Source of the DNA: Callorhinchus milii
Lineage: Eukaryota
Direction of reading: 5' to 3'
NCBI RefSeq assembly: GCF_018977255.1
Contig: NW_024704742.1
Span: forward strand, 85,562,001 to 85,626,000
Length of the DNA stretch: 64,000 nucleotides
Translations under genes and position numbers: made by a program
Part shown: one piece after another, positions 60,481 to 64,000 of the stretch
How positions within the stretch are numbered: the stretch's first letter is position 1
Layout: each line of letters opens with the position of its first letter
Notes under the pieces: generated by a model
What the model saw: the letters and a program-made list of their open reading frames with translations, nothing else
Told to the model about the DNA's origin: nothing
Database searches by the model: none

Positions 60481-61489
60481 TCAAGACCCCAAGTTATATT
60501 GGGTCCACAAAATAAAAAATGGCTGTGAGTCCCACTTCTAGATGGTCAGGTCACTGCTGATGTCACTTCTGGCATCCAGTGCTGATTATCTCGCTTCATG
60601 AGCACATGTGCAAGAAGTCAGTCAGTCACAGCAGAAGAGTAGTGTGGGTTTAGTGCAGCTGCCATACTATAAACAGACTCGTGCTGTAACGATTTGCATT
60701 ATAATGGGGTTGGACTTAAATATTGTACTGTATTTCTGTCAGCTCAGAGCGAATTGTAGACATCTAATTGTGTCGACAATTTGAGAAAAGCCTCTGTTTT
60801 TGGACACCCAATAAGCATCCAATTTATAAATGTACAGCGAGTTTTGATCTCGGACCGTTTAATTACCCGTCTCTGTCTATCTGTGGATTTCCAGCGTCTG
60901 TTTTTATTTTGCAGTTGCAAATTTTAATTTACTAACTTACCGTAGTTACTTAAATCAAAAGTCCTTGCTAAGGCATGGGCAGATTTTAGAGTTTTTTTGG
61001 GGGGGGGGATAAAGGAATTTTAAGACATACTCTTTATTCACAGAAACCAAGCACTTTCTTTTAAAAAAAGAGCAAAAAAAAGACTAGTTCCCCTCTGCCT
61101 TTTGTTCTCTGTCTCTTTCACTTTTTCACTCTCTATTTTTCTCTCTGTCTCACTCTATCACTCCGACTTTATTTTCTTACTCTTATCTCTCTGATGTTTT
61201 TGACTGTGAGTGTGTCTGTATGTGTCTCTTCACCCTATCTGTAACTACACCATACCTATTACAAATTGGGAATATGATCTTCTGTATAATAAAACCACAA
61301 TGTCTGTCTGCGTTTCAGGAAGGATCTCAATAACTGATTGATGCAGAGACATGATTTATACCTAATCGGAAAGGTCTTGCATCTGGCAGTGACATGGGCA
61401 TATTTGTTTTCGGGTATCTCCTATCGTTATTTCAGTCTTGCATTTTTCGCTGCAGTTACACCTGGTGGCCGCCAAGTCAAAGTAGCACT

Positions 61490-61990
61490 GTGGTGGGGCG
61501 GGTGAGATGGGTGATATGCAGCAGGCTGGAGCCCACTGAGCGGAGGGAGTGAGCAGGTTGGTAGAAGGATAGGAGGTCGCAGAGGTAGATATGAGCAAGT
61601 CCATGGAGGGCTTTGAGGGTGAGGACCAGGATTTTGAACTGTATGCTCTGTGTGATGAGAAGCCAGTGGAGTCGAGCAAGGATGGGGGTGATGGGGTCAC
61701 GGAGATTGGTGTGGTAGAGAACATGGGCTGCAGAGTTTTGGATGATCTGCAGCCTATGGAGGGAGGAGTTAGGAAGGCTGACAAGCTGGGGGTGTGCGTA
61801 GTCGAGCTTGGATGTTATGAGGGTTTCGGTGGCCTGCGGTGTGAAACAGTGGTGGAGCCGGGCAATGTTGCGGAAGTGAGGCAAGGTGGGACATGGCACA
61901 GATGTGGGGTAGAAAGGATAGTTGAGGGTAAAACAAGATGCCAAGGTTCTGGACTGGCATAGTAAGGTGGAGTGTGCATCCTTGGATGGT
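61490..61990 (-). mobile_element. L2 fragment
   Basis: LQIIQNSAAHVL...PITPILARLHWLLITQSIQFKILVLTLKALHGLA. Confidence 0.88.
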
Positions 61991-62574
61991 GCACACTCCA
62001 CCAAAATAAAGAGCACAGACGAAGCTAAGCCATGACAACAATAGCAAAATTACATTTTTAAAGCGTCGAGTCCTCCCACTGAGTCCTTTCAGATGACTAT
62101 AGATAAAGGTGAAATGTGTGTCTGTCTGCATGTCAATCTATATTCCATATTGATCCTTTGGTTGCAAGCGTAGCTGCAACGGGTATAGCTAGTAATAAAT
62201 AAAAGTATTCCTTTCATTTGATATAGTATCTTTTTACAGTGAGAGTATGTCTTGAAGCGCAGGATATACTGTAAAGTGGAATAGCTGTGTATTTTGTAGG
62301 TGCACATAGCAACAATATCTCACAAACAGATATGAAGTGAATGACCAATTTTATTTAGGGAATTGTTGGCGAGGATACTTGTAGAAACTCTCTATTCTTT
62401 GAATAGTTTAATGAGATCTTTAATGTCTGCCTCATCAAACAGATGGGACCTAGGTTTGACATCTCATCTGAAGGATGGCATCTCTGACAATGCAGCACTC
62501 CCTCAGCACTACACTGGAGTCTCAGCTAAGACTGTGAATTTCAAATTCTGACATGGGGACATTCTAACATTCTG

Positions 62575-63370
62575 AACAAAAGTTGCATTTGTATAGCGCC
62601 TTTCACATCGGTAGGATGTCCCAAGGCCCTGGATAATGGGGGTTAGAATCAAGCGGGGTGGAGGTGGGAGGAATGATCAAAGGTGTGGTCAAAGAGCAAG
62701 GTCTTGAGACGGGCCTGGGAGGCAAGGGAGTGGGCGAGAAAGAGGACTTGGAGTTCTAGAGGATGGGGGTAGAGAAGCTGAAGGCCCCACCCCCGATGGT
62801 GGAGTGGGCAGGGTGGGGGACGTGGAGCAGGCCAGTGTCTGCCAAGTGGAGGGAGCAGAACAGGGTGATAACGTTTTAATAGATCGCAGCAGGAGAGAGA
62901 AGCAAGACCATGGAGGGCTTTAAAAGGGAGGGCGAGAATCTTGAACTTGATCCTTTAGGGGAGGAGAGATAGTGAAGCCGAGTAAGGGTGGGAGGGGTGA
63001 TAGGCTCATAAAGCTTAGTGCGGGAAAGGACATGAGCTGCAGAGTTCTGAATAATCTGCAGCTTGTGGAGGGAAGAGTTGGGAAGTCCAGCAAGCAGGGA
63101 GTTAGCATAGCCAAGCCTGGACGTACCGAAAGCACGGATGAAGTTCTCGGCAGCCTTAGGGGAGAGGAAGCGGCGAAGCTGGGCAATGTTGTGGAGGTGG
63201 GGGAAGTTAGAGTGAATCAAGGCACAAATGTGGGATTTAAAAGACAGTTGAGGTTCGAACAAAACACCAACGTTCCTTACTGGCCCAGTGAGGTGGAGAG
63301 TACATCCATGAATAGTGATACTAGGAGGCATCCTTGGGAGACAAGCAGGAGGGCCTCAATCTTGTCGACA
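62575..63370 (-). mobile_element. L2 3' fragment
   Basis: VRNVGVLFEPQLSFKSHI...LQIIQNSAAHVL; L2 tail at 62575. Confidence 0.88.
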
Positions 63371-64000
63371 TTCAAATGGAACCCACGATTTCTGACTCAC
63401 AGGCGAGAGTGCTATTAACTGAGCCAGGCTGATTCGCAATCGTGCAGCTTGGCTAAAATTATGTGCGTGGGAACCTTGCAGTCATGTTCGCAATTCCTGA
63501 CATCGGGGCCCTTTATGTGTATTTCAAGCAGTCTGACACGCTGTCTGGTGTGAAGGGCGCTATATAAATGCAAGTTGTTGTAACCCTTAATTTTGTGGCC
63601 GCTTATCTGAAGAAGCAGGTGAAGCTTACAAATTGTAAGGCGCCATCGATTTTAAAGCGTCATGATTTTAGAGGTAACTTTCAAATTCTGACATGGGGCT
63701 TGAACAACACCAACAAATTGTATTTATACAGCTTCTTTCACGTCAAGCGGATATCCTAAGGCACTGGACAGTGAAGGTGTGGGAATCAAGTGTAGGGGGG
63801 GGTCGAGGTTGGAGCCCAGTCAAAGAGGAAGAATTTTTGGCATTAAATCTAGAAGAGCATCAAAAGCTTTGAAACCACCAACATAGATTGCTGCAGAACC
63901 AATTAAGCTGTCAAGCTGCAACTAAAATAAGTTTGGTCTTTTATCTGAAAGTGAAGCCATAGCAGAGGAATGGCTTAACCTTTACTTGCATTTTAGGATT

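Overview
Vertebrate genomic DNA, most likely from a cartilaginous fish. That assignment is inferred only from the repeat landscape (L2, CR1, Deu-domain SINEs, a tRNA-Ala SINE, a Penelope-type terminal repeat). The window holds parts of three genes. (1) The last 32 codons of an actin-related gene, ACTL7A-like (+, 2-100). (2) A complete ELP1/IKBKAP gene on the minus strand: I traced 36 coding exons by hand from ATG 39861 to TAG 3367 (4005 nt, 1334 aa, all splice phases consistent), plus a probable non-coding first exon in a CpG island at about 40.9 kb. (3) The first coding (PH-domain) exon of a divergently transcribed TBC1D2 (+, 49478-49891). The most unusual features are: a ~2.8-kb G-rich satellite with higher-order units that expanded inside an L2 fragment next to the ELP1 promoter; strong AT-to-GC drift of repeats around that promoter; an unclassified ~520-bp hairpin-rich A-tailed retroposon family (6 copies); a degenerate hammerhead ribozyme in a Penelope-type repeat; an ELP1 exon-20 donor carrying the +6C that causes familial dysautonomia in humans; and a GC-AG intron. 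Most short ORFs in the track are repeat-derived or antisense noise. Exon numbering and human comparisons come from recalled knowledge, not from a search.
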